Origin: a virus
Taxonomy: Duplodnaviria > Caudoviricetes
DNA: 49,894 bases
Direction: 5' to 3' (one strand)
Virus record (IMG/VR): IMGVR_UViG_3300017761_007387
Coordinates: 1-49,894 of that record
In this document: in pieces, positions 19,701-29,164 of the stretch
Layout: every line of letters starts with the position of its first letter
How positions within the stretch are numbered: the stretch's first letter is position 1
Notes under the pieces: model-generated
Database searches by the model: none
What the model was told of the DNA's origin: nothing
Seen by the model: the letters and a program-made list of their open reading frames with translations, nothing else
Program-made: the position numbers and the translations under genes

Positions 19701-20620
19701 ATTCCACTACCTTGCCACCACCTCGCTGAAGACCAGAGCGAGTATATCTCATCAGAGCTTAGTGCTGATCTCCAAAATGCCAGCTCGTGCACGTCAACGT
19801 TTGAGTAAAAAGCAGTGCTTGCGGCAGAAGAACTATCGCTCTCTTTTGCGACAAAAACGCTTCCATTTATGTTATTTGGAGTAAAATCTGGAATGATGAG
19901 AGCGTTAGTACCAGTTCCACCAGCCGCCGTTCCAGACTGAGCAGAGCCTGCCAAGCTAGCAATTTTACCGTTGAGATAAACCTTGACATTGCCGTTTATT
20001 GGGATACTGCCAGCATTGCCCGCTATATTAGAAACAGTTGCCGCAAAGTGAAACCACTCGTCTGACCCTATAGATCCACTAGGAAATGTTGTCAGTGGAT
20101 TCGTGCTTATTGTTATAGCGGCCGTGGAATCTGTTGGATGCGAGCCCGAGACGGTAAATTGTATCTGTCTACTGGATGCAAGATAATCTACAGACCATGA
20201 GAAGTGCGTAGAGGTTACACCCACTTCTTGCTTTCTTAGAAGTTCATTCACGCCATCTGATGTACCATATGCTAGATTTGGTATCTTAAACCAACCTGCA
20301 ATTGTAAATGGAGGATTGTTTCCAAATTGAGAAGTACTGTCTGAAACCTCAAGATCTTTGAAGTAGTTTTCACGAAAAGAAATGCTATGGTCGTCTGTCT
20401 CGCCAACATATGGACTACCATGAATTTGAATGCTGGTTGATGCTGCGCGCTGTTGTTCAACTTGTGCGGCGCTCATATCGCTATTGGAAAGATTGGAGAA
20501 TGCTGGTTGAGAGGTCTTTGAATTGAACTTGTACCAGCCAACCAGTGTGCTGTGACTCTTGTAGTCCCTGAACGGCTTTGTCAGGTCTGGAGTCTGGCTC
20601 TTTCGGTAATCAATTTTCAT
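16712..20620 (-). CDS. Large virion protein with N-terminal LamG domain (candidate receptor-binding/baseplate appendage)
   Basis: LVGWYKFN, FTIAGWFK, EWFHFAATV, VKVYLNG and ELAFWRSALSSDEIYSLW form a LamG signature; many [ST]GS motifs. Confidence 0.7.
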   Translation of the reverse strand: MKIDYRKSQTPDLTKPFRDYKSHSTLVGWYKFNSKTSQPAFSNLSNSDMSAAQVEQQRAASTSIQIHGSPYVGETDDHSISFRENYFKDLEVSDSTSQFGNNPPFTIAGWFKIPNLAYGTSDGVNELLRKQEVGVTSTHFSWSVDYLASSRQIQFTVSGSHPTDSTAAITISTNPLTTFPSGSIGSDEWFHFAATVSNIAGNAGSIPINGNVKVYLNGKIASLAGSAQSGTAAGGTGTNALIIPDFTPNNINGSVFVAKESDSSSAASTAFYSNVDVHELAFWRSALSSDEIYSLWSSARWWQGSGIVSDSPRNVIRARDNQTTLPTIDWPSIDRRIISSSIPYDDQATTRVFQTSSRPLTFDYPSMIPTVDADLRAKTVLTPNTHPQMTVNSGDGAGVYSEFQPDIKDDDPYNINTYFNIFFSPFNETRVQTNSDDLVLELTLPISSEKKLTRSITGSFPGYLGETSTGVFYYNLNTKRFDIIGNRDPLRSNVLIYTASSTEDADFNPNGLFAVARKRLGMFLSQDSDFLSFAQFGTLSGSDSWVTSSYMNIGQPTTRYGGPANIRLYATSSYILDMSEFINRAFLIEDIKLEISGSMVKNFDGEVSQAFPSDAYTFFLLRQTRERADTPVRNLVSSSYREIIGFKSVLSWNSRAEWSGSLGDTYGPFSYSIPKTYVTSSQEWFGNYSDFAVAHEYGVVDPKQSVSVRRDFNTSIDLSPRVAPAGLLRPIACFNTPPAVWGGSTANLGQTLDIDISGVPGYSAIGTPTGSIDSLDLSYDSNYSFFNDTVPSNRTGFPYAPTKGNFVALYTPNGFVHENDPPTRRFDPTAFVNLDTKYLLFPGDNLVLGIEALPSAPEAALFFGGPYPTWSTGSYLEIPVQEAKLIIKGRYLKNQEAYGAPFAQQLTTDAIHSSLHYDNPVLDQFEIEKSEEYGLSTRAIYITGSMTVPETGWPRFSNDSISSKNRRLSQGNTVIGTAGDEGSLQRNYRIHDSVEKYYDSFVPDIAALWKIDGYSPQLQVDPSGVIFSIYNVTLFSASPADQNENKLWLTGFPFESKFSSAARITKENASTATQVLAYELSNASEIYNSKDRHGGVMYSQDFNMIRGVRGNSETAEERYSFGILGTNQYASMTSAGRNIFFFGVGNGPYGIHVPLLRRDYSGSPTYLIEKPAGFKYGLISANPMGTSAVYRSTRYGQMRDMLEQRQYAALLIEQPENKSNIFEPKRSKSGVNKLKRVNKKEAPVRFPVTVKFREPVHENPTGLTNRSPINTQSSNISLYATSSLPFFDDDVPRNRDYPSGSV

Positions 20621-21525
20621 CTTAGCAGGTCTCCAAACGAGATCGAGTCAGTGCCAAACTTGCTGTTTCCATAAGTGAAACCACAGCCTGAAGTTCTGGA
20701 AGTGAATGTCGGCATGAGAGTGTCGCTGCCGGACGTGAAGATTGTGAACAGGCTTGATATCATGTTGGGGTCCGAAATTCCTCTTAGAGATTCAACGCTG
20801 TCACTTGTGTCCCTGTAGGGATCAATTGCAGAGCTATCATCAGTAGTATACACTGGACTCGCGTATAGTAACACTTCGTCGTCGAAACCGTTTACTTCCT
20901 TGAATGCCTCGAGCTTGTTCTCTTCCAAGGGCTCGTAGTAGTTGGTCACCTGGTAGTGCTTCCCGTGCGAAGCCTCTACGAACTGTGATGAGACGCTTGC
21001 TTTTACCGTGTGCGGCTCAGGGCTCAGGCTATTACCAAGGAACAGCGAGCTTCTAGTTGCAAGGTCCCTGATAGTGAGGGGCTCTATGATGCCATTCATG
21101 TCAAATGGGTCAAGAGCGTTCGGGTGGTCCAGGACGACTGGATACTCGTAGCACTCGCCCTCAGTGATGAGGTGGCTTGCAGAGAGAACACCCATGTCGA
21201 GGTAGGGTTGGGATTCCTTGAAATTTCTCGTTATTCCAAGCGTTGCTTCATCGAGCTCAAAGTTTGGGACAGCTATAATCTTGAAGGGGTCGTCTGATAT
21301 CGAGCCGATCTTCTCGACTGGAAATCTCCTAGAATCATCGAAGAACCTGCTTGAACTGTCATACCTCTCCACTCCGCTCGAGCTTGACAGGTACAGCACG
21401 TCCCTGTCAGACCTGCCCAAGAGAGGTAAGAGCGAAGAACCAAACAACTGATAGCTTCTGACATCAGTTCCCTGGAGAGTGGTTGCAATAGATCCAGTGA
21501 ATGATGGAGTTACCGTCGTTCCCAT
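20617..21525 (-). CDS. Hypothetical baseplate-region virion protein
   Basis: Overlaps both flanking LamG genes; acidic and Ser/Thr-rich; no catalytic motif. Confidence 0.6.
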   Translation of the reverse strand: MGTTVTPSFTGSIATTLQGTDVRSYQLFGSSLLPLLGRSDRDVLYLSSSSGVERYDSSSRFFDDSRRFPVEKIGSISDDPFKIIAVPNFELDEATLGITRNFKESQPYLDMGVLSASHLITEGECYEYPVVLDHPNALDPFDMNGIIEPLTIRDLATRSSLFLGNSLSPEPHTVKASVSSQFVEASHGKHYQVTNYYEPLEENKLEAFKEVNGFDDEVLLYASPVYTTDDSSAIDPYRDTSDSVESLRGISDPNMISSLFTIFTSGSDTLMPTFTSRTSGCGFTYGNSKFGTDSISFGDLLR

Positions 21526-24500
21526 TAGTACCTCTTGAGATTTCCTACGATCTGCTGTAGGAAGATGTTGGAGCCAATTCCACGACGATTGCTCTCACCT
21601 AAGTAAATATCTTCTTGGGCATAACGCAGCTTAGTTCTCTCGAGCATGTGAGATTCAACAACGTAGTTGATGCCGAGGAACCTCGTGTTTCTCGGAAGAA
21701 CTGCCTCCACCATGCCAGCAAGAGAGTCATCAAACCACTTGTAGAACTCAAGTAGGTTCTTGTAATTCACCTTGCCTGTCAGCCTGTTGAAGTATACTTC
21801 TCTGAGGCTCTGTAGGTCTGGATATCCCATTGAGAACTGCAGCTCTGGTGCACCGATAGCGTTGTCAAAGTAGTCTAGACCGGCAAGAATGTTGATTATG
21901 TCCTCGTTCAAGGCTCTAACTGATGAGATCTCGATGGAGAACCTATTGTCATCTGTCACGGGCTCGTTTATTGGAATCGATCGGACTGGGGCCTTGAGAG
22001 CATTGAACTCTTCGATAGTCAGCTGCTCGTCAAATCCCCTGACCCTGATCTTATTTTCGGCTGTCCTCTCATCAAACTGCGGATTGAGTATCGAGAAGTT
22101 GAACTGGGCTGGAACTATTACATTCCTGCTCGATCCAAGCCCAGATGCCGACAGGTGAAGTGAGTTCTGGGAGAAGTCAAAGATCTGCAGATTGCCTGAC
22201 GTGTCTGACGTTGTCGTCATCTGGTCAGTGCTGGCGTCTATCCTGAGCCTCTCGAAAGATCCAGAGTCATATGACCTGAAGTTGTAGTTGATTAGCGGAT
22301 CTTCCACGCCGAGAGACTTGAAGTTCCTGGCGTGCTCTTTGCTCTCATCCGTAGTCAAGTCCTTTGTCCAGAACCTGACGTGGCCAACTTTTCCTGTGAG
22401 GGTGCTATACCTGGTGAGGCTGGAAGTCGCCACCGTATTATCGTTGAGAAAGCCACCAGATCCCGCTGCCACGACTGTGGAACTTCCAACCTCAAAGAAG
22501 GAACCGCTGGAGTTAAGGGAAGTCGAGAGATTAGACCAAACATTTGACGTTGGGTTGTCAAAGAAGAGTTGGTTCTCCTCTTTGAACGTCACGAGCTCAC
22601 CAAACTCCTGCTTCGCCACTCGCAGGAAGTATGAAGAAGTCGGAAAAGTCTCGGTGGAATCTCCAATGTTCCTTCCGAACGAGACATACCACTTGCTCTG
22701 ATCGAAGAGGTTGACATCGTATATCTTGATCTCTGCAAAATTTGTTGAGTTGGTGGGTGCAAGGTAGAGCGAGACAGAAGGCAGGTCGCTTCTGGTTGAT
22801 CCAGTACCGAAAGCTACAAGATTCGCTACTAGTGCCTTGCTGCTAGCAGGAGAGACGGCTCCCGTCACGTACATCCTGGCGAGGCTCATGGTCGCTGGGG
22901 TGACGGTTGAGAGGCCGCTGAATTGGTAGTGCGCCTCATAAGTCCAGCTTGCCGTTGTGAACAGTCCATCAGAAGAGAACCCAGTGGCGATCGGATACCC
23001 AGGCTCAGTCCTAGAGCCCGACAAGAACGGAGAGGTGACCAGAGAATTGCTCGAGGTCAGGGCTAGCAAAGAGGAGACCTCAGAGACCCTGAGCCTCTGA
23101 GAGTCAGTGGTCAGAAGCCTTGTGCCACCAAATTCCCTAAACCTGAAGCTGTTGTCTGGATTTATTCCAGCCGCCCTCATGATTGCCTTGACAGAGTGCA
23201 CCGTTCCCTTCGACTTGATTATCTCACTCATGTTTGTGAGAATACGCCTCCAGATCGTTGATTGAATCTGAGTCAACGTCAGGGTCGACGAGGAGGCATT
23301 GGTCGTGAGATCTCTTCCTTCGAGAAACTGTGATACCGTAGCAGATGAGAAGGAGTTCGGAAGCTCAAATCCATAATATTTTGCAGCGTAAGGAAGCATC
23401 AAGTCTGCAAGATTATCGGTGGAATCGTAGTTGACGTGCACCAGCTTTCCAAACTGGTCTATGAAGAGCTTGATTTCGTCAAAGAACTTTGCCCACATAT
23501 AGAGAATTGTTGCAATAATCTGGGGTGAGGAGAGCTTTCCACCGCCAGGGAAATCTATGTTGTATCCGTAATTGCCCTCAAGAACAGTTCCATCGTTCGG
23601 TAAGCCCTGCGCTGCAGCATTGTCTTCAAGGTAGTGGTTAGGTATGAGCTTGGTGATCAGGTTAGGATTATTGCTGTCATAAGCTGAAGCTGACGTGAGC
23701 AGCGTGGTGTTTAGCGTGACAAGACCTGGGTAACTTGGAAAGAGCACAGGACAGTAAAATGGGTCCTCAGTCGCAACTGGAGCCACCAAAGAAGAGGTCA
23801 ACCTCAGAGATGTAGAGTAGTTAGTGACGTTGGTGTGAAGGGAGTTGCCAGAGAAGTCTAAAACAACAGAGTTATTTTCATAAGTTCCTGGCCCTTCATT
23901 AAATTTGTAGTACAGTCTTAGGTCAGTTACCTGCTCAGCGCTGCCAGAGGCGCCGACAACTATATCATTCTGAAGTCTAGTTCCGTGGTAGAACTTGAGC
24001 TCGTCTACTGATCCGCTCAGCGTCTGCTTTGGAACAAATGGAACAGTAGAGAGGCTTCCAAGAGAGTGAGCGCTTCCAGAACCGATAATCATCGGCTGAT
24101 TTGGAAAGTCAAATTTTCCAAATTCCACATTTGACCTTGAGTATGACTGAAGCTCTCCGTTAGTGTAAATCTTCAAGACAGGAGTTGAGGCGTACCTCCT
24201 CTCAAGCGTGGCCGCGACGTGGCTGAATCTCGCCTTCGGTAGTGAGCAGCTGGCAGACATTGCCATAGAGCCACTGCTTACGACAAACAACAGTGCTGTA
24301 GTGTCAGAACCTCCAGAGCTCGAGAGCGCAAGAGTGAATCCGTGGTTGTTGCTACTGAGCTTCTGGAGAACAACCTGGTTGTCGTTTGGTACGCTAGCAG
24401 GAGCAAGGTACATTTCTATGGAGAAAGACTTCTCGAGCGGGTCTATTATTCTCTGCCCTGACTTATTCTTTGATAGAGACGGATACAGTATGCCCGCTCG

Positions 24501-24959
24501 GTCTTGCACAGTTATGTAAGTACCAAGCCCAGACTGGTATCCGCTTGAGGGATTCTCATTTACCAACGTGCCAGAAAAGTTGAGGTATCCGATATTCTTA
24601 GGCCAAGAATCATAGATCCACTTTTCAAATCCGGTGAGTCCGTCCAGGAACTTGTTTGTTTCTGAGCGATTTGAGTCGAAAGGAAAGTAGTTTATAATTG
24701 AGTCGAATGCTACATTTGTCTTGCTCTCTGCAGAGTCGAAGAACGTGTGATTGGCAAAGTTCGACCATTCTATTGGAAGCTGCTGTGTCGATCTAAAGCC
24801 GTCTGCAAAGTCAGTAAAATCTACACTCTTGCTTCCATCTTTAGCTATCTCTGGTACACCCGACAGCGTCACCTGCTCGACGCCTGTATTTCCCGCGCTC
24901 ATCTTCTTGATGAAAGAAGGTGTGAATATCTTCTGCGCGCTATATTGGTCTGTTGACAT
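21525..24959 (-). CDS. Baseplate wedge protein (T4 gp7/P2 gpI-like core) with LamG domains
   Basis: LPYAAKYYGF...IWRRILTN...IKSKGTVHSVKAIMR resembles the wedge KGT motif. LamG-like FSIEMY...FSHVA...IYTNG...SGSVDELKFY, plus a second similar unit. Lies downstream of gp6. Confidence 0.65.
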   Translation of the reverse strand: MSTDQYSAQKIFTPSFIKKMSAGNTGVEQVTLSGVPEIAKDGSKSVDFTDFADGFRSTQQLPIEWSNFANHTFFDSAESKTNVAFDSIINYFPFDSNRSETNKFLDGLTGFEKWIYDSWPKNIGYLNFSGTLVNENPSSGYQSGLGTYITVQDRAGILYPSLSKNKSGQRIIDPLEKSFSIEMYLAPASVPNDNQVVLQKLSSNNHGFTLALSSSGGSDTTALLFVVSSGSMAMSASCSLPKARFSHVAATLERRYASTPVLKIYTNGELQSYSRSNVEFGKFDFPNQPMIIGSGSAHSLGSLSTVPFVPKQTLSGSVDELKFYHGTRLQNDIVVGASGSAEQVTDLRLYYKFNEGPGTYENNSVVLDFSGNSLHTNVTNYSTSLRLTSSLVAPVATEDPFYCPVLFPSYPGLVTLNTTLLTSASAYDSNNPNLITKLIPNHYLEDNAAAQGLPNDGTVLEGNYGYNIDFPGGGKLSSPQIIATILYMWAKFFDEIKLFIDQFGKLVHVNYDSTDNLADLMLPYAAKYYGFELPNSFSSATVSQFLEGRDLTTNASSSTLTLTQIQSTIWRRILTNMSEIIKSKGTVHSVKAIMRAAGINPDNSFRFREFGGTRLLTTDSQRLRVSEVSSLLALTSSNSLVTSPFLSGSRTEPGYPIATGFSSDGLFTTASWTYEAHYQFSGLSTVTPATMSLARMYVTGAVSPASSKALVANLVAFGTGSTRSDLPSVSLYLAPTNSTNFAEIKIYDVNLFDQSKWYVSFGRNIGDSTETFPTSSYFLRVAKQEFGELVTFKEENQLFFDNPTSNVWSNLSTSLNSSGSFFEVGSSTVVAAGSGGFLNDNTVATSSLTRYSTLTGKVGHVRFWTKDLTTDESKEHARNFKSLGVEDPLINYNFRSYDSGSFERLRIDASTDQMTTTSDTSGNLQIFDFSQNSLHLSASGLGSSRNVIVPAQFNFSILNPQFDERTAENKIRVRGFDEQLTIEEFNALKAPVRSIPINEPVTDDNRFSIEISSVRALNEDIINILAGLDYFDNAIGAPELQFSMGYPDLQSLREVYFNRLTGKVNYKNLLEFYKWFDDSLAGMVEAVLPRNTRFLGINYVVESHMLERTKLRYAQEDIYLGESNRRGIGSNIFLQQIVGNLKRY

Positions 24960-26503
24960 TAGTTACCAACCCTAAACCTTCCAGAAGCGCTTCTGTACAC
25001 CTGGCTAATTCCAAAGTCCTCGCACAGAAAATCAATTTCATAAGTGTATCCTTCCTGCAGGGATTTCATTAGCAAGTTGAAGTACATTCCATTTCCGTCG
25101 CTAGAGAGCTTGGTGGTGTTATTGACGTTGTCGAACGGTATCACCACGGTATTCGAGTCAGCTAACTTGATCTGATAGTACACATTTGAGAGAACGAGTC
25201 CCTTCCTAACATAGGGAGTCCTGAAGACGGCGTCATCTCTAATCTTGTCAAAGATGAACACCTGGAGCATCACATCGTCGTCTTTGGCGTAAGACTGCCT
25301 GATGTTTGTTATCTTGAACTGAAGCTCAGCAGGATCTCCGAACCTCGAAACTGTCAACGGTTTGTTGACCTTAAGCTTCTCTTGGAAGAACGTGTGTGTC
25401 TCGTCAAGCGACATCCAGTATGCTTCAAACTCGATGAAATTGCTGTTTGAAGAGCTCATGACATCGATCATGGTCTTTGAGCCGGTGACTTTCTTAGTGC
25501 TGAACTGGTCCACCGCAAAAGAGGCAGAGTAGAATCCCGTCACAGGAGTTCTATTTGTTCCCCTGGTGTGCTGTGATCCTGTGTAGTAAAGAGTAAGCTT
25601 ATCTTTTACAAGCTTCAGCAACAAACAATTGTTACCAGTCACGGCAGAGTTCCCAGATCCAAATGTGAGATTTTGTGGGGAGCCTCTCACGTAATTTCTA
25701 AAGAATACAGATCCTGTCTGGTTAAAGACTATGTCCTCTCTGTGGTCTTGGACAGTATCATCCCAGCCAACTGAAAGAACTGGAGTCTTGAACTTGTTAG
25801 AGGCGTTTCTTGAAGCAAATCTCTTGACGAACCTCGTCTTATTGTCGGTTTCTTGCGAGCCCGAGAACGATATTCTGAACCCGCAATCTGGTATTAGTCC
25901 CGCAAGAGTCGCCGATAGCACGGTTTTGACATCGACTTCGAGATTCTCGTTACCATTTACGAAAGTCTGATAAGAACCAAGGTTGATTACGCCAGCTCCC
26001 AGATTTCCTGAGGTTATGACATCGATGTTGCTGGAACCAAGTAATCCTGTAGCGTTTGCTCCAGTAAGGTGCCACAGCACGCTGACGCCATCAACATATG
26101 AGCGGGTCACAAAGTTACATGCGTCCAAATCGCTAAACGATGTTATGTCTCTCCCTATTCCCTCATCAAATGAGTTTGATAGCGGAAACACTACGACAGT
26201 AAAATTAGACGGTGTAGCTTGACCAGCAATTACATCGAAGAGCTTCAGCTTGGCCGTGAAGTTTGGACTATTAACGTCTATGGAAGATGCTGTCAGCGCT
26301 CGAATGCTTGTTAGGTCAAATTTTACGAGCAATCTCGATAGCTCGATTGAATTCTCTTCACTTGCGAGATCAGACTCATTGTAGAGCTTGAACAGATCGA
26401 GTGTACCAGCCTTTCCAACATTTGCATCCGTTGCTCTAAAGCTGTTGTTGATTATCTTGTTGGTGATGTAGGTGTCAGCGCTAGCTGTTAGCAGCAGTTG
26501 CAT
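24959..26503 (-). CDS. Baseplate-associated protein (DNRLRE-like N-terminal domain)
   Basis: ASADTYI...SRLLVKFDL...AKLKLF pattern; located between gp6-like and gp7-like genes. Confidence 0.55.
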   Translation of the reverse strand: MQLLLTASADTYITNKIINNSFRATDANVGKAGTLDLFKLYNESDLASEENSIELSRLLVKFDLTSIRALTASSIDVNSPNFTAKLKLFDVIAGQATPSNFTVVVFPLSNSFDEGIGRDITSFSDLDACNFVTRSYVDGVSVLWHLTGANATGLLGSSNIDVITSGNLGAGVINLGSYQTFVNGNENLEVDVKTVLSATLAGLIPDCGFRISFSGSQETDNKTRFVKRFASRNASNKFKTPVLSVGWDDTVQDHREDIVFNQTGSVFFRNYVRGSPQNLTFGSGNSAVTGNNCLLLKLVKDKLTLYYTGSQHTRGTNRTPVTGFYSASFAVDQFSTKKVTGSKTMIDVMSSSNSNFIEFEAYWMSLDETHTFFQEKLKVNKPLTVSRFGDPAELQFKITNIRQSYAKDDDVMLQVFIFDKIRDDAVFRTPYVRKGLVLSNVYYQIKLADSNTVVIPFDNVNNTTKLSSDGNGMYFNLLMKSLQEGYTYEIDFLCEDFGISQVYRSASGRFRVGN

Positions 26504-28353
26504 TACTGGGCCGCTCCAATTATGTCAAAGTCTGGATACTTCAGCTCGAATATCGATCCCTGAGGTCCAAGATAGAGACCGTTTATTTTCGACTTCTGCA
26601 TGTCCACCGCAAAGTCGCTGTAGGTCCTGTCAAGAATGTTGCCAGTAAGATTTGTAAGCGTGAGATCGACCAACGAGAGCACGCCAGAGACATTGATGAT
26701 TGTGTTTATGAGCTCTGCCTCTATGACTGGCTGGTCTATCTGATAGTATTTTCTATCCAACCTGTCTCTGAGCGCGACTATGACATTTGATACGACGACA
26801 TTTTTATTGGAGTTTGGCGTACAGATGATAGAGAAGTTCACCTTGTAGGTTATGACCGTCGCATCCAAGATGTCAACGGCATCTGATACCAGCCTGAACT
26901 CGTTCAGGTAAGTCGACAGATTCTTCTTTAGCGTGTCAGAGGTGTGTGTGAGCTCTCCAGCAGAGTTCTTGGCAACCAGATACAGCCTTGATGCGAGTGG
27001 ATTGTCAGTACTCTTTGCGACGCTGGCTCTGAACACTCTGCCAAAGTTCGATGGTAAAGTGTAGATTCTCGATATCAAGTCTTCCTGCGTTACGATTCTT
27101 GACTGCTGATTCCTTGCCGCAAATATCTGGGACCTGAGATCTTCCAGCGACATTGCGCTAGCGCCTCCTCTTGCCTCTTCGTTGTTCCTGGCGTCTAGAC
27201 TTGTAATCACCGCGTTAGATACTGCAAGGGTTGGGCTCCTCGGAAAATCTATGACCAGACTCTGAACAGTCCTGATCGAATTGGACGCGACGTTGTGGTT
27301 TAGACCGCCACCGTACCTATATGTGACCGTGAGCGTGGTGTTTCTTGGTGCAGTGCCAAGAGTCTTTGTCTGCAAAAGCGATGATGGATCGATAGAGAAC
27401 CTGCTCAAAGTGCGCTTTCCGTATAGAGGCAGGGCCAGCTCAGACGGATCAGGGAGTATATCGTCGTCAAGAGAGGTTGCGTCTCCAGATCCAAACTCGA
27501 TCGTGGTCAACCGGCTGCTAATGTCCATTCTTGCGGTGAATCTCTTTGGCGCCGGTGTCACCTGTATTGACTCTGACACGAGGTCTTCATCATAGCCATA
27601 GTTCTTGATTCTCTTGTAGACAACGTCTTGTGTCAGCGATTCGACCTCGTAGTACTGATCGCTGTCTGAGTCGGTGACCTCTATGATCTGTGTGACATCA
27701 GGGTTTGCTAGAGTGATTTTTCTGAAGGGGATAAAGTTGTCTGGTATGGTGAAGTACTCTACTCTCGTCTCTCCAGAGACGCACTCTATGGTCCTGTTGA
27801 GAATGAAAGTCGCGGGATTGCCATCATCTGCTAGCTCCCCGACAACGTAGGCTGCGTAGAGAGTACCGTATTTGTCAGTCTCTCCAAAGTCAAGCTCAGA
27901 GTCAAGCCTGAACCTTATGCCAGAGTTGCTCGAAAGGACTGTCCCGGCACCTATAACTGGAAGGGCGGAGTTGAGAGGCAGATATTCTCCACTGTCGCTC
28001 AGGCTTGCTGGGACTTCTATGTAGAATGCCACATTTGCCACTGCAGGCGCAGCCCCTATTGCCTTTACGCCTGCGTTTCTTGCATGCGCTTGAATGTTCA
28101 AAGACTCAACTGCTGTTCCTGGATCAAGTTCATTGAACTGGTGATCCAGGTAGAAAGACATTGAGTCTCCAACATATGCGGCAAGTTCAAGAAACATTCC
28201 TCCGAGAGATGCTTCATTGAAGTCTTGTATCTGCTCGCCAAAATAGTTTCTTGCGTACGTCAGCAAGTCTGACCTAAATCCCGCAAAGTCCTTTGCAAGA
28301 TAGGTCTTCTGGCTAAATCTCGTGTTTAGCGATGTTGTCTTAAGAGATGCCAT
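26503..28353 (-). CDS. Baseplate wedge subunit (T4 gp6 / baseplate J-like)
   Basis: YLAKDFAGFR...DFNEASLGGMFLELAAYVGD.MSFYLD, IEFGSG, VTYRYGGG, GGASAMSLEDLR and QSRIVTQED motifs. Confidence 0.9.
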   Translation of the reverse strand: MASLKTTSLNTRFSQKTYLAKDFAGFRSDLLTYARNYFGEQIQDFNEASLGGMFLELAAYVGDSMSFYLDHQFNELDPGTAVESLNIQAHARNAGVKAIGAAPAVANVAFYIEVPASLSDSGEYLPLNSALPVIGAGTVLSSNSGIRFRLDSELDFGETDKYGTLYAAYVVGELADDGNPATFILNRTIECVSGETRVEYFTIPDNFIPFRKITLANPDVTQIIEVTDSDSDQYYEVESLTQDVVYKRIKNYGYDEDLVSESIQVTPAPKRFTARMDISSRLTTIEFGSGDATSLDDDILPDPSELALPLYGKRTLSRFSIDPSSLLQTKTLGTAPRNTTLTVTYRYGGGLNHNVASNSIRTVQSLVIDFPRSPTLAVSNAVITSLDARNNEEARGGASAMSLEDLRSQIFAARNQQSRIVTQEDLISRIYTLPSNFGRVFRASVAKSTDNPLASRLYLVAKNSAGELTHTSDTLKKNLSTYLNEFRLVSDAVDILDATVITYKVNFSIICTPNSNKNVVVSNVIVALRDRLDRKYYQIDQPVIEAELINTIINVSGVLSLVDLTLTNLTGNILDRTYSDFAVDMQKSKINGLYLGPQGSIFELKYPDFDIIGAAQ

Positions 28354-28848
28354 TTATGCCGCCATGTACATGATAATCTCAAGTCCCTGATTGCTTAAGC
28401 GAAGCGCAGGGACCGAATAGACAATCCTTATCGAAACAGCCGATAAGTCTTGTGTTGTAAGCTCTGGAACTGGCTTAGTCTCGAACGTCTGAGGCTCGAC
28501 AAATGGCATAAACTTGGCGATCGCAGATTTGATTCTTGATATCGCTTCTATGTCACCGTCTTCAGACCCAAGCTCTGTGAGAAGTTGTTTTAGATTAGCG
28601 CCAAAGCTATAGTTTCCAAGTCTCTCTCCGTTATTTGTGAGTATCAAATTTCGGAGATTGTCCTTGATTGTATCTGGCAAGTTATAATGCATGGCAAGAA
28701 AGCCATCGCTCTCTCCACCGAGCTGCACAGGAGTCTTGATTCCAATTGGAGTGACGACAACATCGTCAAGACGATTGTTCTCTCTGTATTTGGAGACGTT
28801 CTCACCGACTGATTTGAAGTCATATACTATGCGATTCTGCTGTGGCAT
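28354..28848 (-). CDS. Baseplate wedge subunit gp25-like (sheath initiator)
   Basis: IKDNLRNLILTNNGERLGNYSFGANLKQLL...IKSAIAKFMPFV, the GPW/gp25 signature. Confidence 0.9.
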   Translation of the reverse strand: MPQQNRIVYDFKSVGENVSKYRENNRLDDVVVTPIGIKTPVQLGGESDGFLAMHYNLPDTIKDNLRNLILTNNGERLGNYSFGANLKQLLTELGSEDGDIEAISRIKSAIAKFMPFVEPQTFETKPVPELTTQDLSAVSIRIVYSVPALRLSNQGLEIIMYMAA

Positions 28849-28861
28849 GGTTCTTACCTTC

Positions 28862-28868
28862 TAAGTAT
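28862..28868 (-). promoter_or_regulatory. Putative late promoter motif ATACTTA
   Basis: Intergenic, 13 nt upstream of the gp25-like ATG at 28848. Confidence 0.6.
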
Positions 28869-28894
28869 TGTAGAATCGCATTTTCGAGTGGAGT

Positions 28895-29164
28895 CTAAGA
28901 AACTCCTGTGCCAGGACCATTTGTTGCCCCTACCTGCGCAGATGGAGATCCAGCTGTGGTAACTGGAATTCCCGGTGCAACTGTTACCGTCACTATTGAA
29001 CCGACCACAAACGAGTTTATCGCCGTGGCAATCTCATTTGCCAACGCCAAGTTCATCTGAGTTGGATCCATCCCGTCCGCTCCATTCTGCTTTGCGTTCT
29101 CAAGGGCTGTATAGATTGCATTCGCCAAGAGCGGTTGTGGGAATGCGGTAGGTGTTACTGGCAT
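28895..29164 (-). CDS. Small baseplate protein, candidate spike-tip protein
   Basis: 89 aa between spike and gp25; helical N-half and Gly/Pro/Thr-rich C-half (VTVAPGIPVTTAGSPSAQVGATNGPGTG). Confidence 0.5.
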   Translation of the reverse strand: MPVTPTAFPQPLLANAIYTALENAKQNGADGMDPTQMNLALANEIATAINSFVVGSIVTVTVAPGIPVTTAGSPSAQVGATNGPGTGVS

